DNA of 64,000 bases, taken from the NCBI GenBank assembly GCA_950064505.1, contig CATMBT010000003.1, forward strand, positions 51,538-115,537, read 5' to 3'. The position numbers and the translations under genes were made by a program. Of this stretch, positions 29,434 through 41,796 are shown one piece after another (within the stretch, counting starts at the first letter, position 1; the number at the start of each line of letters is the position of its first letter). Origin of the DNA: an uncultured Christensenella sp. GTDB taxonomy: Bacteria; Bacillota; Clostridia; Christensenellales; Borkfalkiaceae. The notes below the pieces were generated by a model, which was not told the DNA's origin, ran no database searches, and saw only the letters and a list, made by a program, of their open reading frames with translations.

Positions 29434-31089
29434 TTATTTAGCATACTCAACGGCGCGCGATTCGCGTATAACGTTGACTTTTATCTGACCGGGGTATTCA
29501 AGCTCGGCTTCGATTTTCTTTGCAATATCCTTAGCAAGGAACATAGCCTGCGCGTCGTCAACCTGTTCGGGCTTAACCATTACGCGCACCTCTCTGCCTG
29601 CCTGTATGGCATAGCACTTGTCAACTCCGTTAAAGCTTGAAGCAATTCCCTCGAGCTTTTCAAGTCTTTTGACGTAATTCGTGCCCGTTTCCCTTCTTGC
29701 ACCGGGGCGCGCGCCTGAAATGGCATCAGCCGCCGCCACAAGAACGGCTTCCATAGTCTTGGGCTCGCAATCGCCGTGATGCGCGGCAATCGCATTGATT
29801 ACGTTAGCTTTTTCACCGTATTTCTTTGCAAGATCCGCGCCGAGCTGGACGTGAGTTCCCTCCTGCTCCTTATCGACCGCCTTGCCAATATCGTGAAGCA
29901 AGCCTGCGCGCTTTGCAAGCGTTACGTCAAGTCCAAGCTCGCTTGCCATTAATCCCGCAAGCTGAGCAACCTCTATCGAGTGCTTGTACACGTTCTGTCC
30001 GTAGCTTGTCCTGTATTTAAGTCTGCCTATAAGCTTAATCAATTCGGGGTGTAACCCATAGATGCCCACGTCAAACATTGCGCTCTCGCCCGCCGCCTTA
30101 ATCTCCTGATCGAGCTCTTTGCGGACTTTTGCTACGGTTTCCTCTATGCGGGCGGGATGTATTCTGCCGTCTGTTATCAGTTTTTCAAGCGTCAGGCGGG
30201 CAACCTCACGTCTTACGGGGTCAAAGCCCGATAAAATAACGACCTCGGGGGTATCGTCGACTATCAGCTCAATACCCGTTGCATTTTCCAGCGCGCGGAT
30301 ATTTCTACCCTCTCTGCCTATAATTCTCGCTTTCATATCGTCGCTCGGGATAGGCACAACCGATACCGTTATCTCAGAAGCGTGGTCAGCCGCGCAACGC
30401 TGAACGGCAAGCGATATTATCTTCTTTGCTTCATTTGTAGCCTCGTCCTTTGCCGTCTGCTCGATATTTCTTACCTGCAAAGCGACGTCGTGACGGGCGT
30501 CGTCCAAAATCTCTTCGGAAAGGAGTTTCTTAGCCTCTTCCTTAGTAAGCTGAGAAACCTTTTCAAGCTCCTGAATCATAAGCTCATGCTGATGGTTGAC
30601 TTTCTCTTGCGTCTTCTTGACTTCCTGTTCCTTTAAAACCAAGTCCTTCTTCTGCTTTTCAAGTTCCTCGTTTTTCCTATCCATTGCGGATTCTTTTTTG
30701 TCGAGGTTGTCCTCTTTCTGCATCAGACGCTGTTCAAGCTTATTCAGCTCGACCTTCTTTTCCTTTGTTTCCCTTTCGAAATCGTCCCTTAATTTGCGCT
30801 CCTGTTCCCTAGCCTCATAAATTGCATCTTTTTTAAGTCTTTTACTTTCAGCCGTCGCGTCGTCAAGTATCTTCTTCGAACGTGCTTCCGCGTCGTCAAG
30901 CATAGTTTTTGAACGCGCCTCGACGTCGCCGAGCTGACTGTCAATCTTCGATTTATACGATTTACGACTGAAAATCCAGCATAATACCGCCGCGGCGGGC
31001 ACTGCTATAAGTGCTACAACTAATGTTACAATAAATCCGACCATCCAACCGTCGGCAAGGAACAGGGTGCTTATGCCTGCGTTATACAT
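29434..31089 (-). CDS. rny: ribonuclease Y
   Basis: 551 aa. N-terminal TM helix, a K/E-rich coiled coil, a KH domain ([13 protein letters not shown]), and an HD domain (HSIEVA...LLHDIGK). Confidence 0.95.
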   Translation of the reverse strand: MYNAGISTLFLADGWMVGFIVTLVVALIAVPAAAVLCWIFSRKSYKSKIDSQLGDVEARSKTMLDDAEARSKKILDDATAESKRLKKDAIYEAREQERKLRDDFERETKEKKVELNKLEQRLMQKEDNLDKKESAMDRKNEELEKQKKDLVLKEQEVKKTQEKVNHQHELMIQELEKVSQLTKEEAKKLLSEEILDDARHDVALQVRNIEQTAKDEATNEAKKIISLAVQRCAADHASEITVSVVPIPSDDMKARIIGREGRNIRALENATGIELIVDDTPEVVILSGFDPVRREVARLTLEKLITDGRIHPARIEETVAKVRKELDQEIKAAGESAMFDVGIYGLHPELIKLIGRLKYRTSYGQNVYKHSIEVAQLAGLMASELGLDVTLAKRAGLLHDIGKAVDKEQEGTHVQLGADLAKKYGEKANVINAIAAHHGDCEPKTMEAVLVAAADAISGARPGARRETGTNYVKRLEKLEGIASSFNGVDKCYAIQAGREVRVMVKPEQVDDAQAMFLAKDIAKKIEAELEYPGQIKVNVIRESRAVEYAK

Positions 31090-31155
31090 TATAAGCCTCC
31101 TGATTTGATTTTATATATATTAAAGCGCAACGCGCCTTTTTATATACCATAATTT

Positions 31156-31184
31156 ATTTTACACCAACAGCGTATAAATGTCAA
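31156..31184 (-). promoter_or_regulatory. sigma-A-type promoter for rny
   Basis: On the minus strand: TTGACA (31179-31184), a 17-nt spacer, then TAAAAT (31156-31161). An AGGAGG RBS precedes the rny ATG. Confidence 0.55.
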
Positions 31185-31228
31185 TTTATTTGTCAAATTC
31201 CTTTAATTATTCTCAAAAAAAGACGCAC

Positions 31229-31259
31229 AAAAAAAGACCGCGGCAAGCAAACCGCAGTC
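31229..31259 (-). terminator. intrinsic terminator after nadE
   Basis: On the minus RNA: GACUGCGG-loop-CCGCGGUC (8 bp, one G.U) followed by U7. Confidence 0.75.
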
Positions 31260-31268
31260 CGTTTAAAT

Positions 31269-33191
31269 TTATTCAAGTGATTTCAGCCAAAGCGCGGCAA
31301 CCGCGTCGGACGGCATACGCCAATCTCCGCGGGGCGATAACGCTACGCTTCCCACCTTTACGCCGTCGGGCACGCAGGAACGCTTGAATTGCTGGGAAAA
31401 GAAGCGCTTATAAAAGTTTTTAAGCCACTTATCTATATCCGCCTTGCCGAACATTCCCGCAAACGTGCGCTCTGCAATAAACTTTATTTTATCGGGAGCA
31501 AACCCGCATCTTATGATATAGTACAAGAAAAAGTCGTGAAGTATATACGGCCCTACTATGTCCTCGGTCTTTTGCGCAATATTGCCGCCCGCGTCGGGGG
31601 GAAGCAATTCGGGGCTTATTTCGGTATTCAAAATGTCGGTGAGCACAGCTTTTGCCGTACCGCCGAGCCTTTCCGCCTCATACTTAACCAAATGTCTGAC
31701 AAGCGTCTTAGGCACTGACGAGTTAACCGCATACATAGACATATGGTCGCCGTTGTAAGTCGCCCAGCCGAGAGCCAACTCGCTTAAATCGCCCGTGCCG
31801 ATAACCAAACCGCCGTTATCGTTGGCGATATCCATTAATATCATAGTGCGCATACGCGCCTGAGCATTTTCATAGGCAACGTTGCGATTTTCGGGATCGT
31901 GACCGATATCCTTAAAATGCTGAGTTACGCTGTCGGAAATGGGAATTGTTTTGGCAGTCGCGCCCAAAGCTTCTATAAGCTTTAACGAATTACCCTTTGT
32001 CTTGCCCGTCGTACCGAACCCCGGCATAGTTACGGCAATAATATCCCCCGTATCTTTGCCCAAGGCTTTAAACGCTCGACACGTGACAAGCAATGCAAGC
32101 GCGGAATCAAGCCCTCCGGATATGCCGATAACGGCATTGCGCGCATTGACGTGCTTTAAACGCTTTTCAAGCCCCTTTTGCTGAATAGTCAGAATGAGTT
32201 CGCTTCTGTCGCCCAAACCGTCCTCGGGAACAAAGGGCGTGCGCGGATAAAGTCTTGTAGGCTGACCGATTTCGTCAGAGCTAAAATCAATCACCGTATA
32301 GCAATTATCCCCGCACATATACGGAGTGTCGTTTACACCATAATATCCCGTAGCGCTCCTCATTCTCTCGGTGGCAAGATACTCAACGTCTATTTCACCG
32401 TAAACAAGTCCGTTTTGAAACAGCGCGCTTTCTGCAAGAACCGCTCCGTTTTCGCATATAAGATTATGACCGGCAAATACCATATCTGTCGAACTTTCGC
32501 CGTCACCCGCGTCACAGTAGATATATCCGCAGATGAGCTTAGCAGACTGCGTTTTTACAAGCATTCGCCTGTACTCGGCTTTGCCAACCGTTTCGTCGCT
32601 GCAAGAGAGGTTGACTATAATATTCGCCCCTGCCTTTGCATGCGCAAGCGACGGTGACTGTGCCGCCCATAAATCCTCGCAAATTTCTACGGCAACAGTA
32701 AATTTGTCGTTGTTCCGCGAAGAGAAAATAATTTCCGTTCCGAAATCCGCGTCGACGCCGCCGATTGACACGCTCCCCTCGCAACCTTCCGTAAGACAGG
32801 AAAAATAGCGTTTCTCGTAAAACTCACCGTAGTTTGGAATAAAGGTTTTTGGAACGACGCCAAGAATTTCCCCGTCGCTGATTCCCACGGCGCAGTTATA
32901 CAGTCTGCCCGCGCACCTTATAGGCGCGCCGATAAAGACAAGCGTTTTAATACCCTCGGTCGCCTTTGCGATCTCAACAATCGCATTCTCAACCGCATCT
33001 AAAAGCGCGGGCTGGTTTAGCAGGTCGCCGCAAGTGTAACCGCAAACGCAGAGCTCGGGAAAAACCGTAAGCTGACTGCCGCTCTTTGCGCTCTCCTTTA
33101 TCGCATCTATTATATTCCGAGAATTGAACTCCACGTCGGCAACCCGCATTTCGGGGGTCGCCGCGCAAACTCTTACATATCCGTACTTCAT
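31269..33191 (-). CDS. nadE: glutamine-dependent NAD+ synthetase
   Basis: 640 aa. N-terminal CN-hydrolase (glutaminase) domain plus a synthetase domain with the SGGLDS PP-loop. Confidence 0.92.
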   Translation of the reverse strand: MKYGYVRVCAATPEMRVADVEFNSRNIIDAIKESAKSGSQLTVFPELCVCGYTCGDLLNQPALLDAVENAIVEIAKATEGIKTLVFIGAPIRCAGRLYNCAVGISDGEILGVVPKTFIPNYGEFYEKRYFSCLTEGCEGSVSIGGVDADFGTEIIFSSRNNDKFTVAVEICEDLWAAQSPSLAHAKAGANIIVNLSCSDETVGKAEYRRMLVKTQSAKLICGYIYCDAGDGESSTDMVFAGHNLICENGAVLAESALFQNGLVYGEIDVEYLATERMRSATGYYGVNDTPYMCGDNCYTVIDFSSDEIGQPTRLYPRTPFVPEDGLGDRSELILTIQQKGLEKRLKHVNARNAVIGISGGLDSALALLVTCRAFKALGKDTGDIIAVTMPGFGTTGKTKGNSLKLIEALGATAKTIPISDSVTQHFKDIGHDPENRNVAYENAQARMRTMILMDIANDNGGLVIGTGDLSELALGWATYNGDHMSMYAVNSSVPKTLVRHLVKYEAERLGGTAKAVLTDILNTEISPELLPPDAGGNIAQKTEDIVGPYILHDFFLYYIIRCGFAPDKIKFIAERTFAGMFGKADIDKWLKNFYKRFFSQQFKRSCVPDGVKVGSVALSPRGDWRMPSDAVAALWLKSLE

Positions 33192-34204
33192 TAATCGTCC
33201 TGCTGTTTCTTGATTGACGCCTTGTGAGCCTCTCTTATTTTTGCCTCGATCTCGTCTTTAAGCGCGGGGTTAGCTCTCAGATGCTCCCTCATCTTCTCTC
33301 TGCCGTTTGCAACCTTATCCTCGTTATAGTTGAACCAAGCGCCGCTCTTTGTAAGAATGCCGTATTCAAGTCCCAAATCAATAAGGCAACCTTCCTGAGA
33401 TACGCCTTCGCCGTAAATAATATCAAACTCGGCAACCTTGAAAGGAGGCGCAACCTTGTTTTTAACCACCTTGGCTTTTGCCCTGTTGCCTATGATGTCG
33501 CCCTCGCTTTTGAGAGAATCCGCCTTTCTGATATCGAGACGGATTGTCGCAAAGTATTTAAGCGCCTTGCCGCCTGGGGTCGTTTCGGGATTGCCGAACA
33601 TTACGCCCACCTTTTCACGCAATTGGTTGATAAAGATTACGCACGTCTTGGAACGGTTGGTTATTGCCGTCAGTTTTCTGAGAGCCTGCGACATAAGTCT
33701 TGCAAGCAAGCCTACGTGAGTGTCGCCCATATCGCCCTCTATCTCCGCCTTAGGAGTAAGAGCCGCAACCGAGTCGACGACTATTACGTCAACCGCGCTC
33801 GAACGCACAAGAGATTCGCATATATCGAGAGCCTGCTCGCCCGTATCGGGCTGAGATATATACAGTTCGTCCGTCTTTACGCCGAGAGCTTTGGCATACA
33901 CTGCGTCAAGTGCGTGCTCAGCGTCGATAAACGCCGCAACGCCGCCCATTTTCTGCGCCTGCGCAATTATATGGAGCGCGACGGTAGTTTTACCTGAGGA
34001 CTCGGGTCCGTAAATCTCCATAATCCTGCCTCTGGGTACGCCGCCAACGCCCAACGCAAGGTCGAGAGAAAGACAGCCCGTGGATATAACCTCCAGCTCT
34101 GAGCTTACTTTTTCATCGCCGAGCTTCATTATTGCGCCCTTACCGTACTGCTTCTCAATCATTGCGATTGTAGAGTTTAATGCTTTTAGTTTTTCGTCGT
34201 TCAT
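33191..34204 (-). CDS. recA: recombinase RecA
   Basis: 337 aa. Walker [19 protein letters not shown], and L2 region [19 protein letters not shown]. Confidence 0.98.
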   Translation of the reverse strand: MNDEKLKALNSTIAMIEKQYGKGAIMKLGDEKVSSELEVISTGCLSLDLALGVGGVPRGRIMEIYGPESSGKTTVALHIIAQAQKMGGVAAFIDAEHALDAVYAKALGVKTDELYISQPDTGEQALDICESLVRSSAVDVIVVDSVAALTPKAEIEGDMGDTHVGLLARLMSQALRKLTAITNRSKTCVIFINQLREKVGVMFGNPETTPGGKALKYFATIRLDIRKADSLKSEGDIIGNRAKAKVVKNKVAPPFKVAEFDIIYGEGVSQEGCLIDLGLEYGILTKSGAWFNYNEDKVANGREKMREHLRANPALKDEIEAKIREAHKASIKKQQDD

Positions 34205-34233
34205 TTATGTTTCTCCTGTTAAATTATCCTTAA

Positions 34234-35343
34234 TTACTTTAAGCTTTTGTAGGCAAGAAACAGAGCGTGATTGATACCCGCGTTTGTTATCCGTTCCCTG
34301 TCGCCATCAAAATTAAATTTATATACGGCTATATCGCTTTCAACTCCTATACCGATATACGCCAGCCCGACGGGCTTCAAGGTATTGTCCGACTTCGGTC
34401 CTGCTATGCCCGTAGTGGAAATCGCAACCTCGCACGTACCCGTCTTTAAAAGCCCTTCCGCCATCTGGTAAGCCGTTTCAGCCGACACAGCCCCCTGTTG
34501 GTTTAAGGTAAGCTCTTTAACGCCGAGCCGTTGCATTTTTGACTGATTTGAGTACGTGTTGAGCCCCTCGTAATATACTTCCGATATGCCGCCGACCTCC
34601 ACAAGCCGCTTGCCAACGCCGCCGCCCGTAAACGATTCCGCAACGGCAATTTTCATTCTGCGCAGTTTAAGCAGACGGTACAGCTGCTCGGCGAGAGAAA
34701 TATCCTCAAGCGCGTAGATATAATCGTTGAGCCGCCTGACCAATTCCCTGACTGCGCCGTCTATCGCCATTTTAGGCGTCTTAGAGGAATAGACTATTTC
34801 TATTCGGTAGTCCTCAAAGCTGTCGGTAACGTTGATAAGCACGCTTCCGTCGGGGAACATAGAACGCACAGCGCGCACGGCTTCGTCCAGCTTCTTTACA
34901 GGCGCTCCGACCAATCTTATAACAGTGCTGTCGTAGCTTACGCCATACTTTTTGTCCAATACGTCTTTGATATCAGCCGTTTGGAGTTTGCCGTTTCTGT
35001 CGCTGTACAGCAAAAATACCGTCGTCCCCGCGCTGTTCAGCACGTCGGAAATATCGAATTGAGCGCCCAACAAATACGAAACAAAATCCTTGAACGTCTG
35101 CCCCATTCTTGACGGACAGTATACTATAACGTTTTCGTAATTTTCCGTTCCCTCTTTTACGGCGCGCGTTATCTCCACCGAGCTGTCAAAAGCAATTCTG
35201 CTTATTTTATCGCAGTAGTAACCGAAGGTGGCTAATTCCGATAACAACCCCTCGACTTTACTCAAATCAGTTATCTTTTTATTTTCAAACGCCAACAGGC
35301 ATATACTGCCGTGCCTGATTTGTCTTTCGTCTGCAATATTCAT
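34234..35343 (-). CDS. cinA: CinA-family protein (C-terminal PncC-type nicotinamide-nucleotide amidase domain, divergent N-terminal half)
   Basis: 369 aa. The C-terminal ~160 aa carry the CinA/PncC signature (AESFTGGGVGKRL..., AISTTGIAGP). It holds the conserved position between pgsA and recA. The N-terminal ~200 aa do not show the usual MoCF-type motifs. Confidence 0.75.
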   Translation of the reverse strand: MNIADERQIRHGSICLLAFENKKITDLSKVEGLLSELATFGYYCDKISRIAFDSSVEITRAVKEGTENYENVIVYCPSRMGQTFKDFVSYLLGAQFDISDVLNSAGTTVFLLYSDRNGKLQTADIKDVLDKKYGVSYDSTVIRLVGAPVKKLDEAVRAVRSMFPDGSVLINVTDSFEDYRIEIVYSSKTPKMAIDGAVRELVRRLNDYIYALEDISLAEQLYRLLKLRRMKIAVAESFTGGGVGKRLVEVGGISEVYYEGLNTYSNQSKMQRLGVKELTLNQQGAVSAETAYQMAEGLLKTGTCEVAISTTGIAGPKSDNTLKPVGLAYIGIGVESDIAVYKFNFDGDRERITNAGINHALFLAYKSLK

Positions 35344-36017
35344 TTCTTTAAAACTTCTATATTTTTAACTATATAATTTATTCCCGAAATTATGGTAAGA
35401 ATAACCGAGATTGCAAAGCACCCCAATCCGACGTAGTTGATAATTTTTGAGCACATTGTAAAAGCTGTGTTGACGACCGTAGGCACAAGCTCGGCAAAGC
35501 CCGCGCCGATAATTATGACAATAACTGCAATATCCTGCATAACCGTCTTGTACTTGCCTATAATGTCCGCCGCTATAACTATGCCCGAGTCCGCGGCAAC
35601 CATACGAAAACCGCTGACAATAATCTCGCGCGCAAGAATTACCGCAACGCCGCACCCCGCAACAATTATCGCCCAGTCACCGAGGTTAGCGTTAAAAAGC
35701 GACGGCACGGTAAGAAATAATACAAGCGCGGAGAGCACTAGCACTTTGTCGGCAATCGGGTCGAGAAATTTGCCCAGATTGGTTACAAGATTGTATTTCC
35801 TCGCAATCTTCCCGTCGAACAAATCAGTCAAGCTCGCAACGCCGAAAACGGCAAGCGCAACAAAATAATGTCCGACAAAATTGAGGTAAAAGAAGAGAAC
35901 AAACACGGGTATCATTACCATTCTGCTTATAGTAAGCTTGTTTGGTAAGTTCATTACCCCCTTACCCTTGGCAAATTTATAGAATTTGCTCTCTTTATCT
36001 TCTTCATTCATTATCAT
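35340..36017 (-). CDS. pgsA: CDP-diacylglycerol--glycerol-3-phosphate 3-phosphatidyltransferase
   Basis: CDP-alcohol phosphatidyltransferase motif DLFDGKIARKYNLVTNLGKFLDPIADK. GGAGG lies upstream of the ATGs at 36017/36011. A later start at 35954 (MNLPNKLT) is possible. Confidence 0.9.
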   Translation of the reverse strand: MIMNEEDKESKFYKFAKGKGVMNLPNKLTISRMVMIPVFVLFFYLNFVGHYFVALAVFGVASLTDLFDGKIARKYNLVTNLGKFLDPIADKVLVLSALVLFLTVPSLFNANLGDWAIIVAGCGVAVILAREIIVSGFRMVAADSGIVIAADIIGKYKTVMQDIAVIVIIIGAGFAELVPTVVNTAFTMCSKIINYVGLGCFAISVILTIISGINYIVKNIEVLKK

Positions 36018-37350
36018 AGTCCTCCGTCTGACCGTACATATCGTAACTGTCGCAAGACGTAACTTTTACGTCGTAATAGCCGCCCTGTACGGCATTTGCC
36101 GAATTGAAGTACACCTTCCCGTCGATGTCGGGCGCGCTGAAATACGCTCTGCCGACAAAGCAACCCTTTTCGTAATCAATGCCGTCGCAGATAACTTTAA
36201 CGGTCTTACCCACATACGAAGAGAGATATTTTGCCGAAATTTCACTCTGCACAGAGTAAAGCTTTTTCACCCTCCGCTTCTTCACGCCGTAAGGCACTTG
36301 CCCCGACATTTTGTATGCGGGAGTATCCGGCTCACGGGAATATGCGAAGAACCCGCAGTTGACAAGCCCCGCCTCGTTCAAAAAGTTGCACATACCCTCG
36401 AATTCTTCCTCCGTTTCCCCAGGGAAGCCGCTTATAAACGTTGACCTTATGGCAATTTCGGGTATCTGTTCCTTTAACTTTTTAATCAGCGACAAATACT
36501 CCGCGCGAGTGCCGCGCCTGTTCATAAGCTTTAATATTCTGTCCTCGCTGTGTTGAAGGGGAATATCTAGGTATTTGACAATCTTGGGGTTGTCCCTTAT
36601 CTCGGCAATCAACTCGTCATCAATCATATCAGGATAACAGTAAAGTAATCTTACACTATTAATGTTGACAAGTGTTGTCAGCTTTTTTAAAAAATTTACT
36701 AAATATTTTTTCTTGTACAGGTCAATTCCGTATCGGGAGACGTCCTGCGCGACCAAAATCAGCTCCGACACGTCGCCCAAGCTTTCGGCTTCGGCAATTA
36801 GCTGTTCTACGGGATAACTTACGTATCTTCCGCGTATCTTCGGAATAAGGCAGTAAGTGCAGAAGTTGTTGCAACCGTCGGCTATCTTTAAATAAGCGTA
36901 ATGACAGGGTGTTGTTACCACTCTGTCAATAGCATAAAGATTATCGCCCATACCGACAAAATTAACCCTTGCACCGTCGTAAGATTTTTCAAGAGCTTCA
37001 AAAAATTTGCCGTAATCCTGCGTTCCAAGGAACACGTCCGCTTCAATCAGCGACGAATACAACTCGCCTATGTACTTCTGCGGCAGACAACCGCACACTA
37101 CAAGCTTTTCAAGCTTGCCGCACCTGTAAGCCGCGCAGTCAATTACGGTTTCAATGGCTTCCTTTCTCGATTCGTTTAAAAACGCGCAGGTATTTACGAT
37201 TAGTATCTGCGCTTCGCCGATATCGTCGGTTACGGTACACCCCGCCGACCTTATAACAGCCAAAAGCTTTTCGGTATCAACTCTGTTTTTGTCGCAGCCA
37301 AGCGATATAACACCGAATTTTTTACGCGTAAAATCAATCATCAACGTCAC
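36004..37350 (-). CDS. rimO: ribosomal protein S12 methylthiotransferase RimO (radical SAM MTTase)
   Basis: 448 aa. N-terminal LGCDKN cluster motif, radical-SAM CNNFCTYCLIP, and a C-terminal TRAM domain. Gene order is ftsK-rimO-pgsA. Confidence 0.85.
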   Translation of the reverse strand: MTLMIDFTRKKFGVISLGCDKNRVDTEKLLAVIRSAGCTVTDDIGEAQILIVNTCAFLNESRKEAIETVIDCAAYRCGKLEKLVVCGCLPQKYIGELYSSLIEADVFLGTQDYGKFFEALEKSYDGARVNFVGMGDNLYAIDRVVTTPCHYAYLKIADGCNNFCTYCLIPKIRGRYVSYPVEQLIAEAESLGDVSELILVAQDVSRYGIDLYKKKYLVNFLKKLTTLVNINSVRLLYCYPDMIDDELIAEIRDNPKIVKYLDIPLQHSEDRILKLMNRRGTRAEYLSLIKKLKEQIPEIAIRSTFISGFPGETEEEFEGMCNFLNEAGLVNCGFFAYSREPDTPAYKMSGQVPYGVKKRRVKKLYSVQSEISAKYLSSYVGKTVKVICDGIDYEKGCFVGRAYFSAPDIDGKVYFNSANAVQGGYYDVKVTSCDSYDMYGQTEDYDNE

Positions 37351-40300
37351 CGTATTTCTGCGTAAATTCTTCGCGGGACAGCAGAACTTTTCTCGGCTTA
37401 GACCCCTCGGACTGAGTAATATAATTCATATTCTCCATCCAATCTATGATTTTGCAAGCCTTCATATAGCCGATAGGGAAACGGCGCTGAATCATCGAAA
37501 CGGAAGCCTGATTACTGATAACGCAGAACTTTAACGCCTTAATAAAGGTGTCGTCTACCTTTGACGCGTCGCCGCTCATTTCCCCTTCGGGAGCAGTAGT
37601 TTCGGAAGCCTCTTCCTCTACGGTATTTATAAAGTCGCTTACGCTCTGATCGAAATACGTTTCGTTGTGTTCCTTAATAAAGTCTGTAACTCTCTGAACT
37701 TCGTGAGTATCAATAAAGCAACCCTGAATACGCGCAAGCTCGGGGCTCTCGGCTGAACGGAAATACAAGTCGCCCTTGCCGAGCAATTTTTCAGCGCCGC
37801 CGATATCGAAGATACACCTTGCGTCGTCAAACGAGTTTACCTTGAAACCGATACGCGTGGGCAGATTGGACTTGATAAGACCCGTAATGCAATCAACCGA
37901 CGGACGCTGTGTGGCAAGAATAAGGTGAATGCCGCAAGCTCGCGCCTTTTGCACAAGTCTTATAATTCTGCTCTCGATATCCTTTTTAGCCTGCAACATC
38001 AAATCGCCGAACTCGTCGAGAATAACGACGATTTTGGGTAATTTCTCCTCGCCCTCCGGCAAATGCGCGTTATACTCGGTAAGATTCTTTGTGGCAACGC
38101 CCTTTTCGGTCATTTCCTTGAACAGCGCGTATCTCCTCTCCATCTCCTTAATAGCCCAATTCAGAGCCTTAATCGCCTTATCCACGTCGTAGATAATTTC
38201 GTTAATCATAAGGTGAGGAAGTTTGTCGTAGGATATGAACTCAACCTGTTTGGGGTCAACGAGAATAAAACGCAATTCTTCAGGTCCGTACTTGTACAGC
38301 AGGCTGACAATGAGCGTGCTCAAACATATACTTTTACCGCTGCCCGTAGTACCCGCAACAAGCAGATGGGGCATCTTGGTAATATCGGGGCATACAACCT
38401 GCCCTTCAACGTTTTTACCCAAAGTAAAGGTTAAACTGTTCGGCTTGGCGTTGAGAAACTGACTGCTCGCAAGCATTCCCTTTAACCCGACCACGCAGCG
38501 CGAGCTATTGGGCACTTCAATAGAAATAGCACCCTTGGAGTAGTTAAGATATGCGTTTACGTTCTCCTTCATAAGCGCCATAGCAATGGCTTCGCGGTAT
38601 TTGAGAGCGTTTTTGATATTCGTTCTATCCTCGATTATCACGTCGTAACGCGTAATCGCGGGCCCGACGACAACGTTTTGTATTCTGCTGTCAATGCGGT
38701 AATCGGCGAGCGTTTCGCAAATTATCTGCTTGCTCTCTTCTATCTCCGCGGAATTGACGTTGTTATTCTCGGGGTAATCGTCGAGCAATTCCAGTGAAGG
38801 ACGCACGTATTTTTTCCAGACGTGTTTGGGTTTTTCCTCCTGAACGGGAGCGGGCACAGGCGCGGGCTTTTCGGCGGGCACAGGCGCAACCGTGCGTGCG
38901 GAAGGAACAACCGAACGTACGGGAGGAACGACTGCGGGCTTCTCGCTTATCTCCGCAGATTTATCATCGTTATCGGACAACGCCGCGCCCCTGCCTCTTG
39001 CGGGCGGCTCAACCTTGGGCTTTTCCTCGCTCTGCGGCACAGACGTTCTCTCGGCAAACGGAGTTTCGTCCTCCGATTCGTCGAACAGATTTTCTCTGCT
39101 CCTCTCCCTTCGTGAAGATTGAAGAGCCGTAATGTCGGGCTCGATGCGACGTTCGCTCAATCGGGGATTCGAAGAGCTGAACAAATCGAAAAGCTTGCTT
39201 CCCCTCTCGCGCGGCTTGGGCTGTTCGGGTTCGGGCTGAGGTTTTTCTTCCTCAACAGGCGCGACAGGCTCTTGCTCTTTTTTATCTTCAACGTGAGCAA
39301 TCGGCGCAACCTTAGGCTCGGAATAGAGCGGACGGCTCTCGTCGACGTCCGTGTCCAAATCATAGGGATTGGATTCGGGTTTATTGACGCGCACATTTTC
39401 TAATGGAGCGGGCTCTTCTATAACGTCGTTTTCAACAGGCGCAATACTATCGGGCTCTTCCTCATAATTTACCGAAGACTTTCCGTCTACCGTATAAGTG
39501 CTGTAATCGTTTTCACCAACGTTATTGACGGATGAAGTCAGACCGCCCAAATTGCTTACAGGCTCGTCGCCGTAGAGGTACGACGGCGTTCCGCTGTCCG
39601 CGGTACGGCTGTCCGCCTGTGCCGAAAAGTCCGAGGTGTATGTGGACTGCACGGGCGGCGTTGAGTTAGGCTTCGCCGAAGGATTGCTTGAAAAGCTTCT
39701 CATATAATCGTCCTCGTTTTGCACGGGGTGATTAAAATAAGAATCGTCGTTGTAAATCATATTGCGGCGATAGCTTTCCGCGGCAAATTCACCGGGCTGA
39801 AAGAGTATTCGTCTGCCGAGATTTTCCTGTGAAAATTTATCGTCCGTTTTATGTCCGCCATTAGCCGCCGAAGCTTTCGGCTGTTGAACAGGCTGTGAAT
39901 ACGCGCCTCCGTTCTGCCTTACGCGCGTGACGATTTCGTGATTTTCGTTAACTGAATAAAGATTATCGACCTTCTGCGAGGCAACCTCCGTCTGCTGAGT
40001 TTCCTCCTCTTCCTCCCCGCTCTTCGCCGTGGCGCGACTGCGCGCAACTACTTTCCCGAGGATAAGATTTCTGATAACTATTACAGAGAGCGCGGCAAAG
40101 GCAACGGCAAACAACGAGAAAATTACATAGGCGCCGATAAAGGTCGTGCCCTTAGCAATTGGATAGACCAGAAGTCCGCTCAATACGCCGCCGAACGAAT
40201 AGCCGCCGTAACCGTTTGCCGCGTTTACATAGCAATGTTTAAGATATGCGCCGTAGCTCTCCATAGGATATTTTGCCGTCGTTACCGAATGAAACAACAG

Positions 40301-40615
40301 GAACAACATCAAGAGGGTTGCCGAAACGAGAAGCAATGCGCGCACGTTTACGCGTATTTTTTTCTCGAATACCAACCACTCGCCGAGATATGCCAGCAGC
40401 GCAACGATGAAATACGAAGCATAGCCGAACGTGCCGTACATAAAAGTACATACGGCTTTGCCAAAGCTCAGAAATATCAGATTGTTTGTAAGCAATATTA
40501 TAGTGACGATAAGACAGAAGAGCAAAACCGTCATGCCCAGCGTTTCCCTCGTCAGTATATACGAATGTTTATCGCTTTTATTTTTCCTGTTCACTTTATC
40601 AATCTCCGATTGCAT
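37334..40615 (-). CDS. ftsK: DNA translocase FtsK/SpoIIIE
   Basis: 1093 aa. Four N-terminal TM helices, a ~430-aa P/E/S-rich linker, a motor domain with Walker A GTTGSGKS and Walker B VVILDEF, and a C-terminal gamma (winged-helix) domain. Confidence 0.95.
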   Translation of the reverse strand: MQSEIDKVNRKNKSDKHSYILTRETLGMTVLLFCLIVTIILLTNNLIFLSFGKAVCTFMYGTFGYASYFIVALLAYLGEWLVFEKKIRVNVRALLLVSATLLMLFLLFHSVTTAKYPMESYGAYLKHCYVNAANGYGGYSFGGVLSGLLVYPIAKGTTFIGAYVIFSLFAVAFAALSVIVIRNLILGKVVARSRATAKSGEEEEETQQTEVASQKVDNLYSVNENHEIVTRVRQNGGAYSQPVQQPKASAANGGHKTDDKFSQENLGRRILFQPGEFAAESYRRNMIYNDDSYFNHPVQNEDDYMRSFSSNPSAKPNSTPPVQSTYTSDFSAQADSRTADSGTPSYLYGDEPVSNLGGLTSSVNNVGENDYSTYTVDGKSSVNYEEEPDSIAPVENDVIEEPAPLENVRVNKPESNPYDLDTDVDESRPLYSEPKVAPIAHVEDKKEQEPVAPVEEEKPQPEPEQPKPRERGSKLFDLFSSSNPRLSERRIEPDITALQSSRRERSRENLFDESEDETPFAERTSVPQSEEKPKVEPPARGRGAALSDNDDKSAEISEKPAVVPPVRSVVPSARTVAPVPAEKPAPVPAPVQEEKPKHVWKKYVRPSLELLDDYPENNNVNSAEIEESKQIICETLADYRIDSRIQNVVVGPAITRYDVIIEDRTNIKNALKYREAIAMALMKENVNAYLNYSKGAISIEVPNSSRCVVGLKGMLASSQFLNAKPNSLTFTLGKNVEGQVVCPDITKMPHLLVAGTTGSGKSICLSTLIVSLLYKYGPEELRFILVDPKQVEFISYDKLPHLMINEIIYDVDKAIKALNWAIKEMERRYALFKEMTEKGVATKNLTEYNAHLPEGEEKLPKIVVILDEFGDLMLQAKKDIESRIIRLVQKARACGIHLILATQRPSVDCITGLIKSNLPTRIGFKVNSFDDARCIFDIGGAEKLLGKGDLYFRSAESPELARIQGCFIDTHEVQRVTDFIKEHNETYFDQSVSDFINTVEEEASETTAPEGEMSGDASKVDDTFIKALKFCVISNQASVSMIQRRFPIGYMKACKIIDWMENMNYITQSEGSKPRKVLLSREEFTQKYGDVDD

Positions 40616-40630
40616 TATCCTGCATTCTTT

Positions 40631-40659
40631 ATTATATCATTGACTGCCGAAAAACACAA
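40631..40659 (-). promoter_or_regulatory. promoter candidate for ftsK (extended -10)
   Basis: On the minus strand: TTGTGT (40654-40659), a 17-nt spacer, then TGaTATAAT (-10 at 40631-40636). It lies between the ilvC terminator and the ftsK ATG. Confidence 0.5.
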
Positions 40660-40680
40660 CAAAATGCGGCTCAAAAATTA

Positions 40681-40711
40681 AAAAACGCGCCTGCAAAAAA
40701 ATACAGGCGCG
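40681..40711 (-). terminator. intrinsic terminator after ilvC
   Basis: 8-bp GC-rich stem CGCGCCTG/CAGGCGCG, followed on the minus RNA by UUUUUUAAUUUUU. Confidence 0.75.
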
Positions 40712-40731
40712 CATAAAAAATATTTTATTTA

Positions 40732-41775
<1,044 letters not shown>

Positions 41776-41796
41776 TCAAAATTTAAGTTCTGTATT

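Noticed and set aside
33224-33997. 257-aa ORF on the plus strand
   Set aside because: It is antisense to recA and is a shadow ORF.
38794-39403. Cluster of overlapping 75-112-aa ORFs on both strands
   Set aside because: They fall within the P/E/S-rich low-complexity linker of ftsK. The biased composition removes stop codons in several frames. The ftsK frame is continuous and flanked by recognisable domains.
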